NCBI RefSeq assembly: GCF_963921235.1
Contig: NC_086108.1
Location: forward strand, 65,970,001 to 66,034,000
Source of the DNA: Mobula hypostoma
Lineage: Eukaryota
Length of the DNA: 64,000 nt
Direction: 5' to 3'
Positions 63,591 to 64,000 of this stretch are shown here, one piece after another; positions within the stretch are counted from its first letter, which is position 1, and each line of letters opens with the position of its first letter. The notes below the pieces were generated by a model. It was not told the origin of the DNA. It ran no database searches and saw nothing but the letters and a program-made list of their open reading frames with translations. A program made the translations under genes and the position numbers.

Positions 63591-64000
63591 GAAGGCATCC
63601 GGTGCATTGGCCTTCATCAGTTTAAGAGCCCAGAGGTAATGTTGCAACTATATTGGACCCTGGTCAGGCCCCACTTGTGCTCAATTCTGGCTGCCTCACT
63701 ATAGGAAGGATGTGGAAACAATAGAAAGGGTGCAGAGGAGATTTAAAAGGATGTTGCCTGGTTTGGGGGGCATGTCTTATGAGAACAGGTTGAGTGAACT
63801 CGGCCTTTTCTCCTTGGTGCAACGGAGGATGAGAAGTGACCTGATAGAGGTGTACAAGATAATGAGAGGCATTGATTGTGTGGATAGTCAGAGGCTTTTT
63901 CCCAGGGCTGAAATGACTAGCACGAGAGGGCACAGTTTTAAGCTGTTTGGAAGTAAGTACAGAGGAGATGTCAGGGGTAAGTTTTTTACGCAGAGAGTGG

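Larger units (their letters stand above)
60089..64000 (+). mobile_element. CR1 LINE (ORF1 end and ORF2), split by a PLE and running off the window
   Basis: DGLHLNRKGTNIL, KCVYFNARSIMNK, AIAETW, GVFYRPPNS, VGDFNFP, and the RT ORF. Confidence 0.9.

Overview
This is repeat-dense vertebrate genomic DNA, most likely from a cartilaginous fish (ray or shark). That assignment is an inference from abundant CR1 LINEs, HE1-like V-SINEs, Deu-domain SINEs and Penelope-like repeats. I recognise no host protein-coding gene, rRNA, tRNA gene or CRISPR array, so the window reads as a long intron or intergenic stretch. Almost every ORF in the track is a decayed transposon fragment: CR1 and Rex1/Babar LINEs, RTE-derived elements, Penelope-like elements (PLE), Tc1, hAT, a Chapaev3-like fragment and a solo LTR. 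The most interesting signals are: (1) five minimal hammerhead ribozyme motifs in PLE repeats, including an inverted-repeat PLE insertion with a 13-bp TSD; (2) a 419-bp non-coding RTE-derived insertion whose 5' boundary coincides with an HDV-like ribozyme fold; (3) a Sleeping Beauty-like Tc1 with two right ends, nested in another Tc1; (4) a candidate recursive splice site on the minus strand in unique DNA. Family names come from recalled motifs, not database searches, and boundaries of old elements are approximate. I cannot support a wholly new biological system here.
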